Counted from the first letter of the whole stretch, positions 26,201 to 39,675 are shown. The stretch: DNA of 63,995 bases, filler included, from Reticulomyxa filosa (GCA_000512085.1; 22 parts of 22 records of this genome joined end to end with filler, not necessarily neighbours in it); one strand, 5' to 3'. Notes: a model not told the origin generated them from the sequence alone. Numbers and translations are program-made.

Positions 26201-27297
26201 GCGACTCTGTTGGTCTAGTGCACATCCTTTAAACTGTGTGTTGATGTACAGTTTTTCGTGTACTCGATTCAGTTCAATCCACAGATTGGGGGGCTCCTTA
26301 AGGATATGTGTCCATCGATTCCGCACGAGTAGTTCCAAGACTCGCAATCTGAGCAAAGATTGGAAGGAAGAGATGTGCACAAAATCTTGGGGCCGAAAAA
26401 ATATAGTTTGGAGTACGTGTTGGAATACTTTTTCATTGCTTGGATCGTTTACGCATTCCATCATTTGGACCACATGCAACAAATCGTCAATGAAATAAAG
26501 ACAACTTTGCGTCTTCGAATCAGGAACAACGATGTATTTGGCAGCAGTCTTAATTATTTCGGGAATGACATTGTTATCCTTTAAAAATCCATGTTCTACC
26601 AAACCCAACATAGACACTGCATCTTGCTTTTCTTCCACTATTGCTGTGGGGCAATCCTTCCACATGTGCTTAATTCCGAGCGTTTTCATGTGAAGCTGCC
26701 GATATACGATCAAGAAATCTTCATACATTTTGTCGGTTGATGCTGGTTGCTGTTGTAAAAATCTGAGAATGGCCCTTGTTGCATTACACGCAATATCCAT
26801 TTTGGAAATGAATTCCGATGCTCCCTTTTGTGGAACGTCCACCAGGACATAATTTGATAAGGCACATGACACATTAATCATTTTCTGCAATGGTATCGTA
26901 TTGCCATTTGCTAATAAAATCTTTTTGATATCGGATAACACAGTCTCATCATTGCAAAGAGATAGGAATTGGACATACTTGGTAATGATATGATTGAAAT
27001 GATAAAAGATCGCCTCGATCATTGGAATGTTCATTGCCTCATCTCGCATGACCATCCGAGCCATACAAAACACCATATCTTTGATTATATCTGTTAGTTG
27101 ATCGTCTTCTTTCACAGACAAATACATGTGAAAATTACCACGAATCACATCTCTGGTATAAAATTCACAATTTTCATGACTGCATTGGGTTAATATTCGA
27201 AAAGGCTCCTCCTCTCCATTCAGATGATTTTTCAAATGACTACGACTTTTCGATATTTTGCCAGCAGCTGCAACGAGTACAATTTCTTCATAGCTCT
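23210..27297 (-). CDS. RNF213-like E3-module/C-terminal-domain protein with RZ-like zinc finger, multi-exon; 5' end not identified
   Basis: CQNRHP...CPDPWC. CTD-like YPLLFHTLKL..LEYVKCLPGI, TPGKLIVEIAEILQEINNNFL, PTLECG..IDFQSIESEIYNRAILGRHVI. Last exon MLYDWM..LLVKHVSELWRAL, TAA at 23210. Confidence 0.65.
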
Positions 27298-28856
27298 TTT
27301 ACCTTTCTAGTGCATGAACTTCAAAAAAAAATTCGAAAAATCAAAAATTAATTTAAATTAAACAAAAAAATGCTGCTACAATATTTGTAATGTTTTATGC
27401 TTATCTTTTTGTTACTGAGCCTTGGTGCTCTTCGTTTGTTCTGGCCTGGTAGCGACCACTATGTTAGTTCTGTTTCTGCACTGCGATCTGGATTTAGCTT
27501 CTCATGTTCCACTTTTTTCCTTCATTTTGAGATTTTGTACATTAACAATATGTCCATACGTGTAGAAAGATTGCTTTCTCCCACTTATCTCTGTTTCTCC
27601 ATTGGCCACTATTTTACATTTAGTCTAATTATAATAATTATACTTGATTTTTTTTTTGTAACATATGTGTAATTATTTTTCTAAATTAAATGTCTTTATC
27701 GATTCCTTGATATTATCAAAAAATCTCTTTTTTTTTGACACCGTCCAATATTGTGTTTTCAGCGACATCTTGGATAATAAATAAGTCGAAGATGTAGTTT
27801 GTGTCGCAATCGATTATTACTATCGTTACTATTCATTTTTTTGTAGAATATATTTTTTCTATTGTGCTTAAAACAAAAAAGTCACTGTTTTTGTAAAAGT
27901 TAATTTTGATAAATTTATTTGGAAAAAAAGAATGTAAAGAAAATCGAAAATGTTTGGTAAAACTAAACCGAAGAATACAAACAATATATGAAATAAAAGA
28001 AAAATAATACATTTTTTTGTTTTATTGTATCTGGAAATCTGATTTTGATATTTTTTAATTTTCTTTTTCAATTGTCCAAATTTACTTTCTTGCACACACC
28101 ACTGAGCCAGATGCTTTTTTAAAACAAATCGATAAATAATATAATTGTATTATTAAATATACAAACATTTTATCACCATATCTTCTAAACTCAAGCACTC
28201 TTTTTTAACTGTTTAAGTACAGTATAAAAAAAATTTAATTCTACTTTTTCTTCTACCAGCAACTAGTTCTTTATCCTCTTTTTACTTGTTGTAAATAACA
28301 ATCAATACAAATGAAAAAATATCTTATTTCAACAAAAAATATTTCAAAAAAGTTCCGTCAACACCTCTTTTTTTGTTGCACCTTTGGAAAAAAGTTTGCG
28401 TTGAGTTCTCGACCGGAGGGAGCTAAACCAAAACTCAGCTTGGTACTACCTCTGGGAGTATCGATGATAGTGCATGTCAGACTCTCATCATAACGCTTGT
28501 GGGAGGATTGACTGTGATCTGGTCGGATGATTGTTGCAATGTAATTTGCATTGTTTTTTTTGTCAAAAATATCCAAAGAAAATCAGAAATGCTCAAAAGA
28601 TTATAAATTGTTCTTAGTTGTGAACGTTGTATCACTAAAAAAATTGCAAACGTTCGTATATCTTTTTTGAAGTTGATGATATGCAACTATTCTTTTTTTT
28701 GTGATTTAGTTCGACTCATCGCTTTGAAATAGATTTTTTTAGCGCACTCCAAAAAAAAAAGTGCACACTTGCGTTTCATATTGTCAAAAATCGGCTTGTA
28801 TGTAAAGTTTGTACATCTCGAGTAAAATGTTTTTTTTTGGGGTCAGAGCAAAAGAA

Positions 28857-29929
28857 CTACAACAGATTAGCCAACGTGCACAACCACTTTGGATACCCAC
28901 CAATGCACCTCTTGTCATCAAATGTTGAAGCGATGTGCTTCAACTTATGAATGCTTTCGTCCTTGATGTCCGAACCAATGCACAGCGACATAAAAATGGA
29001 GTCTTTCCATGGTTCCATATCTTTGAAATCAACCTTTTATATGTTTTTGCCCCCTTGTTCTTTTTTTTCCTCCTCTATAGTGTACTTAAAAAAAAAAGAA
29101 GAATTCAGCAACAACAAAAGACAAACCGGAGCCAATTTGCAGTGTGCAATTTCAACTTTGGATTGACACAAATCGACATAAATACTGCTCCTGTCACACA
29201 TTGCCATGGTGCAAACATGTAAATGCAAAACATACATACAGATATATTTACGTATACATTTACACTTACGTATACATATACATGTATAAATGGACAAAAG
29301 GGAAGGGAGATATTTTGTTATGTTATTATTATTAAGTACCGTTTCTTTTTTATTTCCATTAAACCCCACTTTTCTTTTGTTAATTTTTGGCAGTGCGCCA
29401 ACGACTCGTCGTTTGGGTGTTGTTCACAGGTTTCGGCCTTGTGTACCAATACAAAAGCAGGTACACAAAATTAATATTTCAACATTGTTGTTTTTGTTTT
29501 GTTTTTATTTGTAACTAAAATCTTTTCTGCATCTTTCAAACTTGTAGGCTCATGGTCAGATTTGGAGTCGTTTTTATACTTCGTTTTGAACCAATACTCG
29601 GTCCCGTTCTCTTTCACCAAACTTCTCGTTTTCAATTCCAATTGATTTTTCTTTCGAAATTTCAAACCATATTTTTCATCTTTTAAAACTACATAAAGGT
29701 CGGAGCGTTTTTCCTCATATTTTTCTATGCCCTTTATTCCTTTTCCCCCACATATTTTTTTTTAAGACGTGCTTTGGAATACATATTTTTAGTGGTCAAT
29801 TGTACCTAGTTGTTTCCATAATTCTGATGTATCTTTACACTGGAAAAACACTCTCCATTCAGGATTACCACGAATTTCTTCAGTGGCTTTAGTACTAACA
29901 ACTCTTGTCACTAATCTTAAAAACGACAT
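28857..29929 (-). CDS. CYTH-like (triphosphate tunnel) domain protein, multi-exon, missed by the ORF track
   Basis: MSFLRLVTRVVSTK..PEWRVFF; EKRSDLYVVL...GLKFRKKNQLELKTR...EYWFK; MEIKKKR; C-terminal GGYPKWL. Confidence 0.55.
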
Positions 29930-30349
29930 CGCAAGTTTTTCTTTTCTTTTTTGTTGACAAATTTAAAACTAACTCCGTTTTATTTGTTTAAAATTAAGCT
30001 TCAATATTGTGCAAACTGTGGGAAAGTGTGTATTAAAACGTACGACAGCTGTTTTCCGAAGTTAAAAAAAAAAACACACTTACGTAAAGATAGCATTGCA
30101 CAGCGAAGATTGCAAGTAAAAATACAAGAAAGTGGCAAAAAAAAAAGGAAAATAAAGGCTTGAAATTGAGATACGGCTAACAAAAGTGGGACGTGAAACT
30201 GAACAGGTGGAGTCCCCCTGCACCCTAACAATAGCAAAAAAAAACACGCGCAGACAGTTTTAAGCGTTTTGTTTTTGTTGTTTTTACATTGATTGAACTT
30301 GTAGTACTACAGTGTAGTATCGTTTGAAATCAAAAAAAAGCTTGAAGTA

Positions 30350-31310
30350 ATGACAGAAAATGCAGCGTTAGACATGGAGGCGTCAGACGAAAACAAGCCA
30401 TTGCAAACGCATTGGGAAGACAAAGCGGGCGTGAATGTAGTGGCAGTAGCATCGACATCAATAATACCAGAGACAGGAATAGAGATCGAGACCGGGACGG
30501 GGATTGGAATCGGGAATGGTGGGGCCACGATCGGGATCGGAATACGATCAAGTAATGGAGAGACAATAGATAAAGGATCGAAGAGTGAGGCATCAGCAAC
30601 GACATTATCAACAAGAGAGGAAAAGACAGCAACAGTATCAAGTACAGCACCATTGAATGGAGATGAGCCAATGACGACGACAACGACGACAACGACGACA
30701 ACGACGACAACAACAACGAAGATGGAACTGATGCCCATAGTAATTGACGGCAAACAAGTTGAGAAGCTCGCATCGTTGTCATTGACCGTAAAGGCAACGG
30801 AACAAGGAGAAGTTGGAGAACATGGCGTCGGAGAACAAGGAGAAGGACAGACAGTACCAATCGAACGAAAATGGACCGACATTCCATCGCATGAGAGATT
30901 GTCGAAAATCGAAAAGCGCTTTGTGTATCTGTCACTTTGTATGGGAATGTTTCTCGCAGCTTTGGACCAGATGATTGTCATTGTGTGCTTGCCGACCATT
31001 GTGGACGAGTTGGGTGGCAAACAATACTTGGCTTGGGTGTTGTCCGCTTATTTGCTTACGTCATCCGCTACCATGCCTTTGTATGGCAAGTTTAGTGATA
31101 TTCACGGCCGTCGTCTCACTTACGCGCTCAGCTTAGTCCTTTTCCTGGCGGGGTCCTTGGCGTGCGGCTTTTCGGGGAGCATTTGGTCCTTGATCGGCTT
31201 CCGTGGTTTACAAGGACTTGGCGGTGGTGGCCTAATGAGCTTGTCCGTTATCTTAATTGGTGATATTGTCAAACCTGCCAGTCGTGCCAAATACATGAGT
31301 AGCATTTCTG
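30350..31310 (+). CDS. MFS drug:H+ antiporter (DHA2/EmrB-QacA type), first exon
   Basis: MFLAALDQMIVIVCLPTI, WVLSAYLL...PLYGKFSDIHGRR, GFRGLQGLGGGG; GT donor at 31311. Confidence 0.9.
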
Positions 31311-31984
31311 GTATACATTTTTTTTTTTTTTTTTTTTTTTTTNNNNNNNNNNNNNNNNNNNNNNNNNNNNNNNNNNNNNNNNNNNNTTAATTAATTAANN
31401 NNNNNNNNNNNNNNNNNNNNNNNNNNNNNNNNNNNNNNNNNNATAAAAGCCAAGAAAACGACACAAAAACCAAAAAGAAAACTAAAAAAAAATCAACAGT
31501 TATCCAAGACATCAAAAGTAACAGAGGATGTCTACTTCCACGAGTATTTGGATATGTTTTTTGATTGTTTAGGCGATCATGTAACACTTTATTTCGCAAA
31601 TTGCTTTTTTTTTTTCATTATTACAACTGTTGAACATTTTTTGGATAGCTTATGCATCAAATGAAATAATAATTGATTACGTATAATTTTATTTTTTATA
31701 CGTTTAAAGTACAGTTTTTGTTTTTGTAAAGGATAACGTATATAAAACATTAATTTGACAATATATATCTCACCATATCAATTGAACACAAAACGATTTT
31801 TAAAAATTCTCTTAACTAAAAACTGGTACATTTTGAAAATTTGCGAAAGATTTCATTGAAAATTCTGATTCGAAAGATTGGAATTGAAAATTTAAAAATA
31901 AACATTTGACACTTTTTTGGTCACATGGTTTTCAAAGAAATATTCAAATTCATTTACACTACTTCACTTTCACACAAAAAAGTT

Positions 31985-33146
31985 TTAGTAGTTGTCATTG
32001 TCACCTGCGTCGTTGCCGGCATTGTCACCTCCAACATAGTCGATTGGTTGTTCACTCAACACATGCAAATAATCTTCTCTAAGAACCCCAAGTCTTCACG
32101 AGCTTCAGCAAATTCTCCTTCCATTCCTTCTCCTACGTACCAATGTACAAATGCTCGTTGATAGTACATATGTCGTACTTTTGGACAATGCGTTTACTAA
32201 ACACACGCGAAATGCCCGGTTGTCGGCTATAATCACAGCATTTTTGCTAAATGCTCCAATATTATCTGATTCTAATGTTACCGCTGGTACTTCGTTTAAT
32301 CCTATTTTAAATTCAGTTGGACACCATTCGACTAAATTTTATTATTTGATTTCAACCATTGGACCATTGAGTTTGCTTCTTTTGATTTTATGTCACCACG
32401 ATAGTTCAAGGAAATGGCCATGTATTTGTCTTCAGCGGGGTCAAATTCGGTGTATTTCACAAGCCAGTTCGCAGGCTTAAAACATTTATCTGTTTTTTTG
32501 GAATCGTTTGGCACGGTTGATACATCAACTATCGGAATAATTGGGCTCATTCCGGTCGTCATAAAGTGTAAGCGATGGAAAGGGACTAAGTTTGTTTGAA
32601 ACTCGTTCAATCTAATTCAATTCACCGCTAAATCGCAAAGACTCTGTCATGGCGGATATAACTTTCAAAATTAATTTGTTCAGATCTACATCTGGTTTGG
32701 CAATTCTCAATTGCTTTTGGTAAATTCAGTAAATGGCCTCGTGGTCTAACATTAAACAAACTTCAATGTGGTCCAATAACCAATGAGTCGCCAACAACGC
32801 ATAGTAAGGTTCTACGACGCAAGTTGACAAATTTGGTGAAGGGTATATATCAAAACCAATTTTTAACTATAGTCAACCGCCCAACGTTCCAAAATTAATG
32901 CGCCCAACCCTGAGACAGTGCCTCCGCCAACACTGTGTCCAATTACAAAGCCCATCACATTGTCACAGTTCTCAACCAATTTTCTCAATTGGTCCTTTAT
33001 TTTATCAATTATTTGTTTCCCAATTGTGTAGTGACCTCGGGCAAAATTGTTTGCTGCGCCTCTTTCACATGGACTAAAAACTCAGGGCGGGAAATGACCA
33101 CAAAAGGGCCGTTTTTAACATCAATTACGTTCGGTTCCAAGTCAAC
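31985..33146 (-). pseudogene. Divergent alpha-tubulin (foraminiferan alpha-2 type) pseudogene
   Basis: [91 protein letters not shown]. Several stops and indels; GGGTGSG changed to GGGTVSG. Confidence 0.9.
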
Positions 33147-33966
33147 CTATTTTTTCTTGTAAGTTATACGTAACAAGGAAAAACGATTCGCAAATAGAGC
33201 ACTTAANNNNNNNNNNNNNNNNNNNNNNNNNNNNNNNNNNNNNNNNNNNNTTAATTAATTAANNNNNNNNNNNNNNNNNNNNNNNNNNNNNNNNNNNNNN
33301 NNNNNNTAAAAACCGGCCAAGGGGTCGTGGGAAAGGAAATTTTTTATGATATTTGCAAACTTTGGACAAAAACTTCGTTCACGAAAGAAGAAGAACTTTC
33401 GAAAATAAGGAATGGAAAGTAAACTTTTTTTCACAACTCACAAAATACTTGCTGGAATAATGGGGAAAAAGTAGTTCTTGTTAATATTTTGAAAACAAAT
33501 TTTTTTAAAAAGAAAAGTTTATTTTGTAATCACTAAAATTGAGTGCATATCAATATGTTTTTTTTCATTTTGCACAAGAACATCAACTTCGGTCAGACGC
33601 AGATACTTAAATGAAATTACGAAATCATGCAATTTTTTTGCATTTCATTCAAATTTGGAAAATATGAAATAAAAACAATCATATTAAAATAACGTGATTT
33701 TGCAATAATCTGCATTTTTAAATAAACGAAAACAAAAATTCAATAAAATAGTCAAAATAAAACAAAAAAGTGAGTTACTCACGATATTTTGCAAAAAATT
33801 TAACTTAACAGATTTTCCAGTAAAAAAGTAAAACTTGAAGTTCAAAGGAGACTTTTCATCAAGGTTCCATCTAAGATGTTGGTTTGCACGTCAACTTCAT
33901 GTTTGTCACGCCAATCTTCTTTTCTTAAAACAGTTAGCTCTTGTACTATTTTATTTTATTTTAATC

Positions 33967-35332
33967 ATGTCTTTTCCAAAAGGTGTTGCTGGAAAAAAAA
34001 CCGCTGACCCCCCTCCCCCCCTCCTCCAATAAAATTTCCCTAAGAGTACGTTGATATCATCTTCGGCTTTCGCGTCTCTATCGAAGCAGTCAAGACCACA
34101 AGCGAAAGTAGTGACAACAACAACAACAACAACAACAACAACAGAGGACAATGGAAGAAAAGATGAGCAGCAAGCGACAAAGAATAGATTTAAGCCATAC
34201 AAAGAGCTGAGTAAATGGAACCTGTCATGCCTGAATGGGTTTGTGACGGGATCAACAGCATTTGTGAGTAGTGGAGGTTATCTACCGGTCTCAGTGTCAG
34301 CAATGATAGGTTGCATTAGCCTAGCGACAAGTGCAAGTGCACTTAACCAGTTGCAAGAGCATCCATTCGACCGACAAATGAACCGCACGCGGTTGAAGCG
34401 ACCGTTATGCAATGGACAACTGACAGCAATCCAAGCAAAGGCATTTATTACATTATCAATGGCGACAGGATGTTACACACTGGCCACTTACTGTGGGACC
34501 GTGTCAGCATTGATTGGCATGAGTACGATCCTATTGTACAACGTAATTTATACACCTTTGAAACGTCTCACTCCATATAACACGGAGTTTGGCGCCATTG
34601 TGGGAGCCTTTCCACCGCAAATTGGCATTGCAGCGTCGCATTGGAAAGAACACCCCACGGCACCTGTGATGGACATCTTCGTGAATACCATTAACGACCC
34701 TTTATGTTGGTTCACATTCGCTTTGCTCTACGTATGGCAAATGCCACATTTTTTATATTTGAGTATTCGCAATAAACAAGACTATATTCGTGGTGGCTTT
34801 CGAATGTGGAGTCACAATTTGTATGACAATGCCAATAACACTCGCTGCAAAAAAAAATCGTTTTATTGGAGTCTATGCTTGCCGGTTCTGCCTCTCGGCT
34901 TGTCCTACGCTGGTGCCACGTCTTATATGTTTGCTCTTGATGGTGGCCTACTCTCACTTGCTTATGTCACGTCCGTCTATCGCTGGTATCGAAACACTGA
35001 CAGTCATTCCAATCATGCCTTAGGCAAAACATCCTTTTTATTCAATTTAATGTACCTACCTTTCATCTTGTTATTGATGCTTATTCATTCCAAACGATGG
35101 AAATATCAACCAGGTTTTTTTTTTTTTAAAAAAAAAGGAAAGGGGGGGGGGGGGGGTGGCTCTTTTATAATATATACATATATGATGCTATTTGTCTTCA
35201 CTTTGTGTCCTTGCACAGGCAGCTTTTGGAGCACCCATTTAGCGTGGTTGCAAGACCAAGGTATTTATTGGTGTCCATGGGATAACACTTCCAAACAACC
35301 CTCTGACTTACCATCGGAAATGGTCAGCTGCT
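33967..35332 (+). CDS. COX10: Protoheme IX farnesyltransferase (heme O synthase), 3'-partial
   Basis: YKELSK, SASALNQLQEHPFDRQMNRTRLKRPL, LYNVIYTPLKR, GAIVGAFPP, WQMPHF, DYIRGGFRM. Intron ~35113-35218; 5' frame broken in homopolymers. Confidence 0.93.
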
Positions 35333-38327
35333 NNNNNNNNNNNNNNNNNNNNNNNNNNNNNNNNNNNNNNNNNNNNTTAATTAATTAANNNNNNNNNNNN
35401 NNNNNNNNNNNNNNNNNNNNNNNNNNNNNNNNATATTAAATTTCTTTGCTACAGATCGAATACTAGCTGCACCAATGGCAACTCTTTTCTTAAAAGCAAT
35501 AAAATGTTTCAATATTTTAAATATAAAAATTTTGAAATATTAATTAAAAATATCAACCATAAAGAAAATTAGCAAAAAACTACAAGATTATTAGATATTT
35601 TTTTTAAAAAAATTAGTTTTAAATTTTTATTTTTGATGGAGAAAATCGATTTTCTTCATATAGTGCCATTTAGGTATGGACATTTTTTTTGCAATATACT
35701 GTTTCATAAAAAAATTTGTCTTTTCCAGATACTTGCATTTGGCATCTATTATATATATATATATAGTGGATATGGTTAATTTATATATAAGAGACTCAAA
35801 TTAAAAGAAATTTAAAATAGAGTTTATTGAATCTTATTGTTTTCTGGATCATTGAATTTTTGTCTCTATTACCTGTATAAAAAAAGGTATGTTAATTATA
35901 TAAAGAAACGCGAATTAAAGGATCTTATAATCGACAATTTGCAGGATTCCAAATGTGTTGAAGATATCCATACTATTGGTTTTTTTCAAATTATACATTA
36001 TTCATATTTCTTTACTAATTATATTAATATTATCAAAGATCAAATAAAGAATAAAGACTATCAAATTTTGTCGGACTTTGAAAGAAACAATTTACTTTAT
36101 ATTGAAGATTTAAGTTTTAATTGTCTCAAATCCCCAAAATTACTTGATATTCGTTTTGAATTCTTAATAACAAAATTGACAATTCTAAAGAAACACAAGA
36201 TTTTCATTCCTTATTTTGTACTGTTAATAAACATGTAACATAAATTATCTCAGTCATATATACGCAAGAAAGTGAATGAAAAGAATATCTTCATTCGGAT
36301 CCTCAGAATCTATCTAAGAGATTTGATGTATTTCATATTGTAGAAAGATTAATTAATCGTATGTTAATTTTCAAAAAAATTATCAGCGAAAGATTCAATA
36401 GTGTGAAAAAGAAATGGATATTATATCAAGTATTAGCAATTGTAATCATTTAATTTCTAAGATCAAGTGTAATTTTGATTCAAACTACGTTGGATGTAAG
36501 ATTTGTCATCGAGAAAAATATGACATTTATTTATTTTGTAATTCCATTCTAACTTATTATGTATGTAACAGATTACTGTGCAAACAATTCCGAGTTGCTT
36601 TTGTACTATCAAAAGATATTCGGTTTAACAAAGAAACTAACATTGCAACTTTAAAAGATTTTAGATTAACAAAAAAAAAGAATAATTATGATTAAAGAAG
36701 CATTTGAAACATATAAAACTAATTGACATATTATAAAAAATTTTTAAAAAAAGTACAAGCTCAAGCGCAAGAGCATAGACAAAAAGAAGTACAATTGCAA
36801 TATCAAGTTGACTTTTATTACGAAAAACAGTTGCATGAACAAATTAAAGAACTTAATTTGTAATTTCAGCAATTTATTTTCTGCTTTAAGTCAATTGATG
36901 ATAACATAAAAGAGGCTTCAAGTATAATAAATTGTAGTTTAAAAAGGAAATATATTATGTTTAATTCAAGCCAAGATTATCAATTTAAAAAACAAAAAGT
37001 CAGTTTATATAACACTTATTGTTTTATTTTTTTTTATTTATGTTTTTGTCAATGTGTTGACAATTTATTACCGTTGTGACAAGTTCAAAAAAGTTTTTTT
37101 TAAAAGGCATTGCATATTTTTTTTTTAACCTTGTAAGTTGTAAATTTTGATAAAAAACAATTACTTTTTTCCAAATGACTTAATAGCCATTCAAAAAAAA
37201 AAAATTTACTTCATCTTTGTTGTATAGTAATAAAACTACTTTGTTCTAAAAATTAGAAGCAAAATGAGACGATCATATCATCACATTCTTTTTCGATGCA
37301 ATATTGTAGCTGTAACGTTCACGAAATACGTCATTATAAATCAATTCGCACTTTCGTCATGACAAATTACATAAATTAATGTCATTAGATTATTTACATA
37401 TATAATCAAATTTTTTGTTTATTATTTGCAGAAAACAAAATTTGAACATTAAATGATATAATTTTGAAATACTTAAATTCTAATTATCATAATTAGAAAA
37501 AAGTGAAATTGAGGATACATAAAGTTTAAGCAAAAATGAAAAACTTGTATTATGTTTAAATTTTTGTAAATCATATGTAAGTTTTATGAATCATTAATTT
37601 CACTTTTATGTAATCATACAAATTATATAGAAAAAAAATTTCAGTATTTTACAATTATACAATATCAATATAACTATTTTTCTAAAGTATTAAAAGAAAA
37701 CACTATGTGCATATATTATCTGAATCCTGAGTTTTTTCTGACAAAAAAGTATTTTCAAGGATCTGTATACAAGTTGTTATTATGACTTATGATTTTTACA
37801 ATTCAAATTATTTATGCGACAAATACTTAAGGTGACATTTTATATGTCAACGCTTTTTTTAAATTATCTTACTATAAAAAAGATAACGAAAGTTGAATAA
37901 TATTGCTAACGAAAGAATTAAGTTTCAAGCAAACCATTTACTTATTTGTAAAAAAAGAAAAGAAANNNNNNNNNNNNNNNNNNNNNNNNNNNNNNNNNNN
38001 NNNNNNNNNTTAATTAATTAANNNNNNNNNNNNNNNNNNNNNNNNNNNNNNNNNNNNNNNNNNNNGTTTACACTTGTGTTTAAAAGAAGCTTTTATGTGT
38101 AATTTACCACTTGGTGGAATCGCCATTAAGGAAAAGACTGCATATAAGTGAAAAATGTTTTATGTTAATAACTTTTTCAATTGCAACAAATAAAAGAATG
38201 CCGTGGTGATACTTAAACATTTCATTATTTTGTAAAACTCAGATTATCTAAAAGAATGAATTAACGCCAAAGTGCCTGAATATAAGCGATAAGCTATCGA
38301 TTAAACACTTACTTTTACAAATGTTTA

Positions 38328-39675
38328 TCACATGTCAGTGCTTCGCATTTCGTCAAGTTTTCTCTTTTTGTTTTTTGCATATTCATCAACGTCAGTTTTG
38401 ATTTGACTATCAGACTTTGCATCTAATGCAACAAAAGAGTTTCTAATTGCTTCCGGTATTTGATTATAGTAGTTTTGTAATCGAAACATTTTTTTTTCGC
38501 ATTGTTGGATGACTTCTTTGTAGTCATTTTTATGTTCGCTGTGTCTGTCAAAGCAATCAATGATCATAGCCTGAATTTGTGTAGTCACATGTCTCAATTG
38601 CTCGAAATGTTTATGTTTTCCAAACAGTCCATTGAAATACTCGACGGAAGATTTTTTTAACATTTGCTTTTCCGAATCGATTAATTGTTTGTGTTTATCT
38701 TTTTCAATGTCAACAAAGTACTCCTCTGCAATAGTTTCCATTCGAAGATTTGAGCACGCCAGTAAAAACACAGACAATGCAATTTGTGACGGAGGATACA
38801 GCAAGGCGACATCACTGACCATACATTGGTAAAATATCTCATTGCATTGTGATTGGATCAAATTATGCAGACATTGAGGAACCATTTTAATTTTTTTCAT
38901 CTTTTTGAAATTCGCTTCAAAATCGTTCAATAGACACTGTTTTGATTGATGTTAATTTTCCACAAGCCTCGTGTATTCGCACAACTTATATGACTTACAC
39001 AATTTTTTTTTTTTTTTTTTGGGGGGGGGGGGAGGTGGGTGAAAAAACAGGAAATGTTTCTAATTTTGTGTGTGCATCTCTTCTCAGCGGTAAATCGAAT
39101 GTAACTCGCAAAGGACGAAATGGATGCCATATTTTTAAATCAAACCTGATTCCATCCAACAATATGATCTCTTGATCCGTGATCCGTTTCATATCTGTCT
39201 TGGTATATTCTGAGATTGTGGTTATATCGATTACTGTTTGCTCTGCTTTTGTTGCCAGAAATATTGCTGTGCAAACCATCACCGGACCGTCGATTTGATA
39301 TAAACAATATTTTAAATAAAAACGCTTAAAATACATCACTGCTGTCGCCGCGGTGTAAATTGGTAGGCTGAACACTTGGCAAATTTGCACGATTTTCCTT
39401 TGCAATGATTCCAACCATAATTCATACTCTTTATCGCTCAATTCTTTCCATTTTTTATTCTTTTTTATTTTTATTTTTTATTTTAATTTGTTTTTTTATC
39501 CATTCAATCTTATTCAACATACACTTTGTTGCGCGAATTGTTGCAAATACGGGGTGATTTTGCGAAATTTTTCCAATCGTACCGCGCTGACTGTTTTCAC
39601 GTCTTTGAACAGCCAGCGTCGAAAATGTGTTGAAGTGAAAAAACCCATATCCATTGCATTTCCTTCTTCGGCCAT
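38328..39675 (-). CDS. CCNH: Cyclin H-like protein, multi-exon
   Basis: MAEEGNAMDMGFFTSTHFRRWLF; ATAVMYFKRFYL; TAIFLATKAE; EIILLDGIRFDLKIWHPFRPL; SDVALLYPPSQIAL. Confidence 0.85.

Noticed and set aside
28358-28576. 72-aa ORF as the missing 5' exon of the RNF213-like gene
   Set aside because: No recognisable motif and no supportable splice path.
35433-37965. ORFs in a very AT-rich contig, including Cys-rich 36414-36695
   Set aside because: Only possible decayed remnants; no family assignable.
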